A stretch of DNA of 64,000 nt from an uncultured candidate division Zixibacteria bacterium. GTDB taxonomy: Bacteria > Zixibacteria > MSB-5A5 > GN15 > FEB-12. The notes beneath the pieces are model-generated. The model made no database searches. It saw only the letters and a program-made list of their open reading frames with translations, and was not told the DNA's origin. Location: assembly GCA_963806185.1 (NCBI GenBank), contig CAWDXE010000006.1, positions 96,001-160,000 on the forward strand, given 5' to 3'. A program made the position numbers and the translations under genes. Shown here one piece after another: positions 11,363-21,352 of the stretch (the first letter of the stretch is position 1; each line of letters starts with the position of its first letter).

Positions 11363-11396
11363 TTGACCAAATCGGTTGATTTAAACATCTTGGATG

Positions 11397-11795
11397 TGCG
11401 GTCAGGCCCCCGTGCCTGACCGCATTCCTTTTGTCAGCGTCTGAATCGTAGGGCAGCATCGATGTCCGCCGCTAGGCGGACGGATGCTGCCGATAAGATC
11501 TCGTGATATCAACAAGACGGCAGCACCCGCTCGAAGACTCGCATCGGTGCTGCCTTACGGTACGCGCCAAAGACCCCCATCATCGTCATTGCGAGCCGCT
11601 TCTTAGCGGCGTGGCAATCTTTCAGCTTCTCTGCTCATCATTGTCGCGCAGCGTCATGCTGAGCGGAGTCGAAGCATGATCGGTAAGTGTATCCTACCCT
11701 GGATATCCGCTTCTGCGGGTATGACATTTTTGTGCAGTGAGCATCTTAGTCGCGGGTCAGCTTCGGTGCCCGCTTCTTGGCGGCGTGGCAACTTA
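11397..11795. repeat. REP-like palindrome mosaic
   Basis: GTCAGGCCCCCGTGCCTGAC; GTAGGGCAGCATC..GATGCTGCC; GGCAGCACCCGCTCGAAGACTCGCATCGGTGCTGCC (also near 26797); CGTC-type units at 11584 and 11652. Confidence 0.85.
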
Positions 11796-11809
11796 TCGGT
11801 TACCGTCGT

Positions 11810-11989
11810 TCACGATTCTAACGTTACTTCACTTTTCACTAGCCTCCAACCATTAGCTCCCCGAGCAACTAACTTCAGACAAGCTTGCCCCTCCAGGGGA
11901 CCTTGCCAATGGTATGTCGAAACGAGCGCCCACGCGCTGTCATGCGAAAAGGCTATGCGAGTGAAGCTGATCAGAACCGGTAACACCAC
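11810..11989 (-). pseudogene. Probable 3' remnant of a hypothetical protein gene
   Basis: 59 codons VVLPVLISFTRIAFSHDSAWALVSTYHWQGPLEGQACLKLVARGANGWRLVKSEVTLES*, with an in-frame TAA just upstream; lies beside the RAYT left repeat. Confidence 0.35.
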
Positions 11990-12018
11990 TTACCCACGAT
12001 CATCGCGTTTTCCGTTCT

Positions 12019-12729
12019 CCGTACCCCACCTACCAGGTGGGTTCGCTCGAGACCGCTTTTCCCTTCACCCATCACTTGCGACTCTCCCCAACGCACCGTT
12101 CCTCGCGTGATCCAGCCTCGATGTTCCAGCCATCCGGCACCAACATCCCCGGATTCGCCAAGCCTGCATACCACCGGCAACTCGACCACGACCACCGCGT
12201 CGACTCATCGACCAGCCCGGCACGCACCGGGTTATTATGACAGTACTGGATCGCCGCGACCACCGCTTCGTCGCTGCGAAGATTCCGATCGAAACACCGC
12301 CGCTGCCAGATCGCTGTCCGCTCCTGCCCATCGCGTACCACGTGAAACGGGGTGCGATGCCTATGCTCGCGGCCATCCAGTAGAACACTAATGGCGCGCC
12401 CGCTTAGCCGCTTAATCTCCCCGATAGTTCGTCCCAAATCCACCTCCACAGGCGGCACCACCACCAGATGCACGTGATCCGGCATGTACACCCAGGCAAG
12501 AAGGCGAAGACCACTTTGATGCCGCACCGTCTCGATCGCGTCAGAGACCGCCTGACGGGTGGTATTGTTGGTCAAGAGCGGCGTGCGCCGATGAATACAG
12601 AAGGTGATGAATCGGGCCCGGCCGTCATGATCATAATGCTTAAGCCGCATACCGCCTCAGATGAACGAGCGGTGGTTGCCGCTCGGGGAAAAGCACAGAA
12701 GCCGAACCCACCTGTTAGGTGGGGTACGG
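12019..12729 (-). mobile_element. RAYT element: transposase flanked by inverted 27-bp REP hairpins
   Basis: 12019-12045 CCGTACCCCACCTACCAGGTGGGTTCG versus reverse complement of 12703-12729 CCGTACCCCACCTAACAGGTGGGTTCG (1 mismatch). Confidence 0.85.
12072..12650 (-). CDS. rayT: REP-associated tyrosine (Y1 HUH) transposase
   Basis: FITFC, MPDHVHL (HUH), WQRRCFDRNLR, YCHNNPVRAGLV, WSWSS. Confidence 0.9.
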   Translation of the reverse strand: MRLKHYDHDGRARFITFCIHRRTPLLTNNTTRQAVSDAIETVRHQSGLRLLAWVYMPDHVHLVVVPPVEVDLGRTIGEIKRLSGRAISVLLDGREHRHRTPFHVVRDGQERTAIWQRRCFDRNLRSDEAVVAAIQYCHNNPVRAGLVDESTRWSWSSCRWYAGLANPGMLVPDGWNIEAGSREERCVGESRK

Positions 12730-12796
12730 TTCCTACGCTCTCGTCGGGAACATAGCGAATGTCATCCACGGTGGCAAGAGGGGATAATAAGGGGCG

Positions 12797-13066
12797 TTAC
12801 CGGTTCAGCTCACCATCAATTACCTGCAACCTTGCCTTGAAGTATTTCGCTTCGGCAAACAGGCAATTATCACCGCTTACTCGGAGGGCGTTGATGGCAC
12901 GATCAACGAAATTATGCTGATAAATACCCAGCCCAATGAGAGCTTGAGTTCGACAAATATCGAATTCAGGACCAAGGTCCGATTCGCCCACGCTCAATTC
13001 ATCGAGCAGACGAATCGCTTCCTGAAAGTCCCGACGATTGAGTAGTTGACGAATTTCCTGTATCAT
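12797..13066 (-). CDS. Short TPR-like helical protein, probably a truncated N-terminal fragment
   Basis: MIQEIRQLLNRRDFQEAIRLLDEL..LFAEAKYFKARL helical-repeat pattern; stops about 70 nt from the RAYT right repeat. Confidence 0.5.
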   Translation of the reverse strand: MIQEIRQLLNRRDFQEAIRLLDELSVGESDLGPEFDICRTQALIGLGIYQHNFVDRAINALRVSGDNCLFAEAKYFKARLQVIDGELNR

Positions 13067-13367
13067 TTGACGGTACAGCGTTCCTTCCTTCGATCCTGTC
13101 TCGGCCGGTGAACATGTTGAGGCCAAACCACAAACAGATGCATTTCCAGGAATTGTCCAAACGAGTTGAGCCTTTTGGTATCGACGGAGATTTGTCTATA
13201 ACAAACGGATCATCATCCGTCTCCCCACCCATCCCGACTGACGGCCGATACGTACTCCGATAATCCAGGGCCGATACCGACGGTACCACCAGCAACGCGA
13301 AAACCGCCACCATTCCTATGGCTATCCACCGCGTCGCCGTTTGCCAGAGTGCTCGCATTCGCTTCAT
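12999..13367 (-). CDS. Small secreted protein / peptide-precursor-like, 122 aa
   Basis: AAAGGA RBS, signal peptide ending VSA, acidic GGETDDDPF segment, low-complexity tail; overlaps the downstream ORF. Confidence 0.6.
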   Translation of the reverse strand: MKRMRALWQTATRWIAIGMVAVFALLVVPSVSALDYRSTYRPSVGMGGETDDDPFVIDKSPSIPKGSTRLDNSWKCICLWFGLNMFTGRDRIEGRNAVPSNDTGNSSTTQSSGLSGSDSSAR

Positions 13368-13903
13368 ATTCCTTTCACTCCTGATACCTAATATCAACCC
13401 CGCGACGTCTGCATCGCCGCTCATCGTTACAATCGTTTGCTATCGTCTCTATCGTGCAATAGACAAGTTATCTCTGATGAGTGGGTCGGCAAGAACCAGT
13501 GCATCAGTCTGCACTGTTACTGGAAGATTACGGCTTGAGAACGCGTGAGCCGGAATCTCCACGAGTCCCCGCCGGCCACCTGTCATGTATGAGTAGACTA
13601 CGACCACCTGCTATAATGTGTCAAGGGAAAAACGCAGAAAAGACTCTAAAAGTGGAAATAGTTATCTCTGACTGATGGTATCAGTGATGAAGCGACATGA
13701 CACTGTGTGACAACAATCCGTCACTGCCAATTTTATCGTGAAGCATTACAATCGGTTGGCCATTTCTTGCCACTTCCGTCGCCTCTTTGCTTCTCCCCGC
13801 TACACCCACCCCGCCGTTTTAACCTTGCTTCCCTCTCCCCCGCTTGTTACGCTATCCCCACACCGCGCCACTGCTTGGCCGGCCTGAAACGGTAAGAGGA
13901 ACC

Positions 13904-15247
13904 ATGACCATCAACCCGTCTATTTTCAAAGCGTATGATATCCGGGGCACCTACCCCGAACAACTCGCCGAGGAACAAGCCTACGCCATCGGCGCCGCCA
14001 TCGCCACCTATCTCAAACCCAAAGCCATCGCCGTCGGCCGCGACATGCGCATCTCCTCCGGCCCGCTCTTCGACGCCGTCGCGCGCGGCATCAATGACTG
14101 CGGCGTCGACGTGATCGATCTCGGCCTCGTCTCCACCGACGGCCTTTACTTCGCCGTCGGCAAATTCGGCTACGACGGCGGCATTATGATCACCGCCAGT
14201 CACAATCCGAAACAGTACAACGGATTCAAGGTCTGCCGCAAAAATGCCGAACCGCTCTCCGGCTCTGAAGGACTCGACGAAATCCTCAAATCGATTCAGG
14301 AAAACCGCCACATCACCAAGGCCGGCACGCGCGGCGCCATTGTCCGCAAAGACATTTCCGAAGCGTACGCCGATCATTGCCTGTCGTTTATTGACCGCAG
14401 CAAAATCCGGCCGTATTCGATTGTCATCGACGCCGGCAATGGTATGGCGGGCGCCACTCTCCCCCCCGTGCTCGATCAACTGCCCATCACCGTCCATCGG
14501 CTCTATTTCGATCTCGACGGCTCTTTTCCGAATCATCCCGCTTCACCAATCGAACTTGAAAACCTGGTCGACCTGCAGAAGAAAATCGCCGAGACCAAAG
14601 CCGATTTCGGCGTGGCGTTTGACGGCGACGCAGATCGGATGTTTCTCCTCGACAAATTCGGCACTCAGCTCGGCGGCGATATGGTGACGGCACTTGTATC
14701 CAAATCCCTTTTGACCAAACACCCGGGCGAAACCATCCTCTACAACCTGATCTGCTCGCACGCCGTCCCGGAACTGGTCCAGCGCATGGGCGGCAAGCCG
14801 ATCCGCACTCGCGTTGGCCACGCCCTGATCAAACCGCTCATGAAGAAATACAACGCCATCTTCGGCGGCGAACATTCCGGCCATTTCTATTTTCGCGACT
14901 TCTGGTTCGCCGACTCCGGTCTGATCGCATTTTTGGTTTGCCTCGAGCTGATCTCGATGGAGAACCGCCCCCTGCACGAAATGGTCAAGCAGATCGACCC
15001 GTATGTCCGCTCCGGCGAAATCAACAGCCGCGTCGAATCGATTGCCGAAACCATCAACCGCGTGAAGGCGAACTTCAAGGACGGCAAACTGGACGAGATC
15101 GACGGCGTCACGATCGAGTATCCCGATTTCTGGTTCAACTTGCGGCCGTCCAACACCGAGCCGCTCCTGCGGCTCAACGCCGAGGCCAACAACAAGACCA
15201 CGCTGGATCAGACGGTTGACCGTCTTTTGAAAATCATTCGGGGGTGA
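13904..15247 (+). CDS. Phosphomannomutase/phosphoglucomutase
   Basis: FKAYDIRG, ITASHNP, FDGDADR, GGEHSGH, RPSNTEP. Confidence 0.95.
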   Translation: MTINPSIFKAYDIRGTYPEQLAEEQAYAIGAAIATYLKPKAIAVGRDMRISSGPLFDAVARGINDCGVDVIDLGLVSTDGLYFAVGKFGYDGGIMITASHNPKQYNGFKVCRKNAEPLSGSEGLDEILKSIQENRHITKAGTRGAIVRKDISEAYADHCLSFIDRSKIRPYSIVIDAGNGMAGATLPPVLDQLPITVHRLYFDLDGSFPNHPASPIELENLVDLQKKIAETKADFGVAFDGDADRMFLLDKFGTQLGGDMVTALVSKSLLTKHPGETILYNLICSHAVPELVQRMGGKPIRTRVGHALIKPLMKKYNAIFGGEHSGHFYFRDFWFADSGLIAFLVCLELISMENRPLHEMVKQIDPYVRSGEINSRVESIAETINRVKANFKDGKLDEIDGVTIEYPDFWFNLRPSNTEPLLRLNAEANNKTTLDQTVDRLLKIIRG

Positions 15248-15253
15248 ACAGCC

Positions 15254-16003
15254 ATGGCACGAGCGTCAATTCTGGTTGTCGATGATGACGAGCTGCTGCT
15301 CGAACTGCTGGTTGATACGCTGACGGCTGTCGGCTACGACGCGGTCGGGGCGCCCGGCGGCATCGAGGCGCTCGACGTCCTTCAGGATCGGAAGTTTGAC
15401 CTGATGATCACCGACATCAAGATGCCGAATATCGACGGCCTGCAGTTGCTCAAGCGGGTGAAACGCCATTACCCCGCTATGCCGGTACTCTTCATCACCG
15501 GCGTCGCTTCGCCCGAGATAATCGGTCATACCGAAGCTGACGGTTTCCTCGCCAAGCCGTTCCGTATCCAGGCCATTGAAGAATTAATCGAATCGGCCCT
15601 GCACCAGAAGCCGGTTTCAGCCGAACACCAGCGCCGGATTCTACTGGTCGGGATGGATCGAAGTTTCGGCGATGTGTTAAGTGAAGGATTGAACTGCCGG
15701 CATTACCTGCCGTTCCCGCATCAGACGCTGAAAGAGGCACTTCACGATCTGGAAAACGGTTCGTTCGACGCGGTCATCGCCGACACCGAGCATTCGCACA
15801 CCGGCGTGAGCGACATGGTCGAACAGATCCGTTCGCTTGGCCCGCGTATTCCGCTCGTATTGGTGGGACAGTCTTTCCCGAATGAAGTGATTGATCGGTA
15901 TCGCGACCGCTTCAACGTTTCGGCTTTTCTGGAGAAACCGTTCAAGGTCGGCCAGGTGATCGACGTGTTGGACCGCCTGACCTCGTCGGTCTCGAGCAAC
16001 TGA
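15254..16003 (+). CDS. Response regulator with two receiver domains (second degenerate), no output domain
   Basis: ILVVDDD..ITDIKMPNIDG..LAKPF; second domain ILLVGMD..VIAD..LEKPF. Confidence 0.85.
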   Translation: MARASILVVDDDELLLELLVDTLTAVGYDAVGAPGGIEALDVLQDRKFDLMITDIKMPNIDGLQLLKRVKRHYPAMPVLFITGVASPEIIGHTEADGFLAKPFRIQAIEELIESALHQKPVSAEHQRRILLVGMDRSFGDVLSEGLNCRHYLPFPHQTLKEALHDLENGSFDAVIADTEHSHTGVSDMVEQIRSLGPRIPLVLVGQSFPNEVIDRYRDRFNVSAFLEKPFKVGQVIDVLDRLTSSVSSN

Positions 16004-16043
16004 TTTCCATTATTGATCATTGTACTATGCGGCAATACACACA

Positions 16044-16410
16044 GTGGCCGGCGTACGTCTCGTGCGCCGGCTCCTTGCCTTTACCCCACTATCATCCCCG
16101 CCACCCCAAATGTCATCCCCGCCTTGAGCGGGGACCCAGTCCTGCATCTCTGCGCGATCTTCTCATACGCCGATTCTTCCTTTGTTTTCAATATTCGCCA
16201 CCCTCCCCCATCGTCATTCCGGCCCCTTGGTCCGGAACCCATGGGTCGAATTATCAGACGTGGTGTCAGGCCCCCGCGCCCGGCACCGATTCCACTCATT
16301 GCGAGGAGCGCAGCGACGAAGCAACCTCATGACAATCGACGTCCTGTGCGCGGCAGGCGTCCTCGCCTGCCCGATCGATGCAGGGGCAGGTCAAGAGCCC
16401 TGCCGCCCAC
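16044..16410. repeat. REP-like palindrome mosaic
   Basis: GGCCGGCGTACGTCTCGTGCGCCGG, GTCATCCCCGCCTTGAGCGGGGACCC (16112), TCATTGCGAGGAGCGCAGCGACGAAGCAACC and others. Confidence 0.8.
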
Positions 16411-17312
16411 GAGGGTCAGTCATCCGGGAAGGTATCTCTCCACTCCCCATTCCCCCGACAGGTTTGATGTGCACCCCACCTGCAGTCGAATAGATGCCCG
16501 CCATCAGAACGAAGTTAAAATCCGTGCATCTCAATTCAACCCTGATTGATCCCGAATCTGCCTGCTTTACAAATACCAACAGCGAATCCAGGTAGGTCCC
16601 GTCTGGTCTGAGACTACCCTGCGAGCTTCTCGGAACAAGCGCAATTACAGCATCCGAACCCTGCGCCTCCAGCGTCGGATTTGGACATGCACCGCTCTTC
16701 TTCGGCTGGTATGAAACCGACAGCCAGGCTGTCGTGTCGTCAACTTGCTTCATCACCGCCAGTATTGGAGTCCCTACGGAGGAGTCTATCTTCGGGAATT
16801 CTCCGGGACGAATGTTCCCCCGTATTTTTCCTTTCTCCAACTCCGGCTCATACCGGAAGACGAGTCGCGGATCACCATCCCACACTTCCAGCGAATCGGC
16901 GGTCAATACGAAATATCGCATGGTCGCCCAATGTACTCCGTCGCAGTTTATTGTTACCGTCAGGGCACTGGTGTCGGGCGTGGGAAAGCGCAGAGATGCT
17001 GTTTCCCGCATATAGCGTGTACTGTCAACTGTAAGCGGCTTGGGTGCGATCGGCAACATGACGATTGAACTGTCACCCTGAATTGCCACTTGTGCGTTGG
17101 CACAACTAATTCTCGATTCTGAGACAAATATGTTCACCTCGGCTGTCTTGGCCCCAAAATCGTAGTTGATCACCTTCACTTGCACGTCGTATTGAGGCGG
17201 AGGTGGTTTTGGTACTCTCGCACCAGCGAGCGGCGCCATAGCGATTCCCAGTAGAGCAGCTATCAACATTATTGCAACTGGCTTTGCCACTGATAAAAAA
17301 AACCGCTCGCAT
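16391..17312 (-). CDS. Hypothetical secreted protein with two similar beta-rich (Ig-like) modules; start probably frameshifted at an A8 run
   Basis: Open frame to 17428; signal-like MLIAALLGIAMAPLAGA; two segments each with a Cys pair, QG and D(T/S)..L/I.V...C pattern. Confidence 0.6.
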
Positions 17313-17573
17313 CCGATTGTGGCCGCCCTTCCGGCAGCCAGTTGCTCGAGAACTGATCTCGACCATGCGATCCCCTCCTGCTGAAATACTTGATCCGGAC
17401 TAGCGGGAGCCTGGAAGCAGGCTCGCATTCCGATTCAGCTCCATCGCCGATACACAGATCTGCCTGAATTCTTCCCACCGTTCCACCCTGGATGTACACG
17501 AACGTGTACCGCTGCGCCCATCTTGGCAAAGGCTGCTGCAATTGTCAAGCGGGAAATCCCTCCCATAAATCAA

Positions 17574-17597
17574 GAGCCCCGCATCACTGCGGGGCTC
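17574..17597 (-). terminator. Intrinsic terminator-like hairpin
   Basis: GAGCCCCGCA-TCAC-TGCGGGGCTC downstream of stop 17629. Confidence 0.65.
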
Positions 17598-17628
17598 CTG
17601 TCTTTGCTTCGCTGAGAGAAGGCGATGC

Positions 17629-20272
17629 TTACTTAACGAGCATCATCTTCTTCACGTTGGAGAACTCGCCGGACGTGAGCTTATAGAAGTACACGCCGCT
17701 AGCTACTGAGCTGGCATCCCACTCAACTGAGAAGAAGCCCGCTTCTTGAGCCGTACCGTTGAAGGTGGTGACAGACTGCCCCTGGATGTTGTAAATCGTC
17801 AGGGAGTAGTCGCCGGCCTTCGGCAGAGCGAACTCAATTGTCGTGCTCGGGTTGAACGGGTTCGGATAGTTCTGCGACAGCGCGTACGCGCGCGGAACCA
17901 GTTTCGCCGCAACCGGCTGGCCGAGAACGGTCGCCATTTCGATGGAGACCATTTCGCCGGACACTTCAAGGAAGTTACCGGTGAAGCCAGTCATGCTGCC
18001 GTGTTCGAAATCGGGATGGATGATGATCCGAGTGATATTGGCACTCTGATCATACTCATAGCCCATCACCGCACTAGTCAGATTCTTAGGCGTCTGGTTG
18101 CCGGCAACCACGACAGCCACGGCACCCATCTCGGCATCAACCGAGTAGACACCACCGTCGTTGCTCCAGATAGCGTTGGCTACGCTGACCTTATCGTACG
18201 GAGCGGCATCGCCCACGACGACACGGATCAAGTAGACCAGGTCGGCCACTGAAAGCGGGATACCGTCAGCATTGACGTCGGAAGCTGCAATCGCACCCTG
18301 CGTCGCATAAGTCGGCGGGATGCAAAGCGGGCAATCCGGCGGGAACGCGGCCAGACCCTTGATGAAGTACTGGGTGAACATAACGGCGTCAGCGATTTCG
18401 TAGCCCAGGCCGTTCAAGGTTGATATCACCACGAGCGTCGATCGAGTCGGCGCAGATGACGTCGACACCACCGTTGAGGAAGTCGATCCAAGCGAACCGG
18501 TTTACCCTTCGCCGGATACATCACACTCAGGCGATGTCGGACCGGTGTAAGACGGCATCGGAGCGCTGAAATCAGTGATATCGACGTAGGTGTCGCCACC
18601 GGCGTCGCCGTAGTAGTCAAACACATTCTTCGCGAGGAAGAGAGTGTCACCACCTACGACTCGAAAGCGTATTATCTCCGCAGTCCATCCAGAAGAACTT
18701 CACGGGCAGCAGCTGGCATTCATACGTCCGATCGTTCGAAACGAGGAACTTAAGAACGGCCAGTTGGAAGGGTCAACAAGCGGATCGCCGACCATATAGC
18801 AATCAGGATGATTCGCACCGTTGTTTGTTTCAGCCATAGCGACGATGCGAACAAGACCGCTCGGGCAGCCATTGCCGCAATTGCCGTTCGGACCAAAGCG
18901 ATACGTGAAATATTCCCAGCCGCAATCCTTGATGAACTGACCCTCTTTGACCTCGGTCAAACTCAACCCAGTCGCATCATAGGCGATGAGGAAGTCGAAA
19001 CCGCCAATCGGGTAGTTCTCGTACGTCGTGGCCAGCAGTGGTTATGTCAATGGTTGTAAATTGACCCTGGAAGACACCCTTACCGTCCGGTCCATGCTGT
19101 TTCTGTATGGTGATCTGGAACGGTACCACCTTTACATTGAAGCAGCAAGTATCCGAGTTCGAAGGATTGTACGTCGGACAAATCGACGTACCGTCCGACA
19201 CCTTCACACAGATCTGGAACGTGCCGGTATAAGCGCAATCTTCACGGTCGCCCAAGTGACTTCACCGGTAACGGGATTGACATTCACCGTACCCGGAGCC
19301 GTTGTGCTCACGAGACTGTAGATCAACTGGCCGAGCGGACCGTCGTCAGTAGCACGATACGGTATCTTGAGCATGTCACCCCAGCCGAATCGTCTTGGCT
19401 GGATCCACCGTCGGGCACGCTAACACCGGTGCGTTGTTCGTCACATTGATGTTGAACGTTACGGTGTCTTTTGCTCCGCAGGCGTCGGCGGCCACGATCT
19501 TAACCGGGTTGACACATACGTCTGCGATCGTCGTAACCCACGAAATGTTGCCATTCGTGGCGTTGACAGTCAAAGCAGTCGGGCCACTCAGCTTGCTGTA
19601 GCTGATGGTCTCGCAGCCATTGAGGGTATCGGGATCGGTAGCATGCGCATTCCCGGTGTAGACAAGCCCAAAATGGAGCGTGGCATCGGGTATGGAAGCC
19701 AGAATCGGCGCATTGTTTGTTACCGTCACGGTACCTGTTGTCACCGCCACCGGCAGAATGCTGGCATTGGCGGCGTTGACAAACTGAGTGGTAATCGGTC
19801 CAAGCGGGCACCCGCAAGCCGTCGAATATTCGAACGTCCCGCCGGCTAACGCCACCGAGCCACCACAGTTATTGCTGGTTTTGAACTTGATCTGGCCAAC
19901 TACCGTGGACCCAATTTTCAGGGACGAATCGGTAGACTGTAGCCGCATAGCAGCAATTCGGATCGTATCCGGGGAGACATGGTTGACACGTGAATAATCG
20001 ATCACGCGATCATCCAAAGCCGTAAACCCCGGCGCCCACTGGAAGGTTAGGGAATCAAAGAACGCGCCGCCGGCCCCGGTTACTTCCAGCACTATTTCCA
20101 CAGCGCTGACCGAGTCTGCCGAGACCACCGCTGTCACATCGAGAAGACCCCGATCACAGCGTAGCGAATTCTTCGACTGGACCGTCACCTGATTAGCGAA
20201 CGATACCGATACCGAAAAAACCACTATAAAGGAGATCAGCAGCAAAGAATATAAGGTTCTTTTTTGCATCAT
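17629..20272 (-). CDS. Large secreted modular protein (cohesin-like, Ig-like, dockerin-like, FlgD/T9SS-type CTD), split by several frameshifts
   Basis: Fragments 19376-20272, 18977-19255, 18700-18966 and 17629-18471 join logically. Signal peptide; NNAP repeats; PIGGFDFLIAYD; DVNADGIPLSVADLVYLI; LSQNYPNPFNPST..ASGVYFYKL..KKMMLVK; AAGGAG RBS. Confidence 0.8.
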
Positions 20273-20945
20273 TTAATGCTCCTTTAACAACTCTAAAGAA
20301 CTTTACCTTTTAGGCTATTCACTCAGCCACCACTCTGAAATTACTAACCTAATCTAAAGCCGATGTTTTCCAAAATGGACTGGGCATCGGCGCCCACCAA
20401 TCTCGCTCCAAAGGAACCGGTCAGAACGCGGTGGTAGATTCGCGTGAGAAGTGCGATCTCTGGTTCGAAATTGTTTGGTGATTTAATGAGAGGTTAAAAA
20501 CCGTCCAGGTGTTTTCCACCGGATAGTTTTGCAAGTCTCTTGAAAACCTGGAGGATCAGAGCTTTAATCGACGTAACGCTAAGTTTTAGTTACCGTTACT
20601 AAAGGTGCTGAGGATCCAAAACAGAAGCGTCTTAAACACAACTATTTCCCTAGACGAGCAGATAATACCAACAAACCTTCATTTTGTCAAGACTTTTTTC
20701 ACTTTCCATCCCCATCTGCCGTTGTTCTACAATGTGTAGTAATAATCGCGCCCCCTCCAACCTCACTCAGAACGATACGCCGAACTCTCCCCACGTCGCC
20801 AAATTCGCGCCAAAAACCCCCGCCTCATCTCCGTCCCAAGAGCAAATTCAGCCCCCCCTGTGCTCCCCCCACGGAGCCTGTCCCACCCCGGCCCCGCCAC
20901 ACTCTCGAAGATCCCGAGTCCCAATCCCCTGCACAACCACATCGG

Positions 20946-21307
20946 CTGTGAAAACAATCACATGTCATCCCTCTTTCGCCTGGCTGGCCGGAATCACTCG
21001 CGAATACAACCGGGCATGGTTCATTAGTGAATTGTTTCACATATATGGCCAATGGCCCACCTCCTTCAGGCATTTGACCCCGGCTACTAATTCCCGGCCG
21101 CGGCCATGTCCAATCAGGGTCCATAGCGCGCCATCAAGCTAGCCCCAATTTCCTAATAAGTGAATTTATTCACAAAGCTAGCCCGCCCCATGCTCCCTGC
21201 CATCTCAATCAGGCGGAGCATGCTTGTGATATAATTCACAAATGATTCGCCGCAAGCTGCGCCCAATTTCCCCAAGCCATTACTCTGTCAGGTGAATTCA
21301 ACCACAA
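20946..21307. promoter_or_regulatory. Array of five Rex/CRP-like palindromes (TTGTGAA-N4-TTCACAA type)
   Basis: 20946 CTGTGAAAACAATCACAT; 21025 TAGTGAATTGTTTCACAT; 21158 AAGTGAATTTATTCACAA; 21224 TTGTGATATAATTCACAA; 21290 AGGTGAATTCAACCACAA. Confidence 0.65.
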
Positions 21308-21352
21308 GTGAGCAGGCGCGGCAACCGCCCTTGGCGACCGATCAGTCATGCC

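Noticed and set aside
18400..19400. Stop-codon recoding or programmed frameshifting
   Set aside because: The breaks are scattered frame changes rather than consistent in-frame stops or slippery sites, and all three stop codons terminate normal genes.
20684..21142. 152-aa and nested ORFs
   Set aside because: Pro/Ser-rich translations of C-rich DNA, no RBS or motif; the region looks regulatory.
21158..21307. Degenerate CRISPR suggested by the 66-bp period
   Set aside because: Only an 18-bp palindrome is shared and the flanks differ; it fits transcription-factor boxes better.
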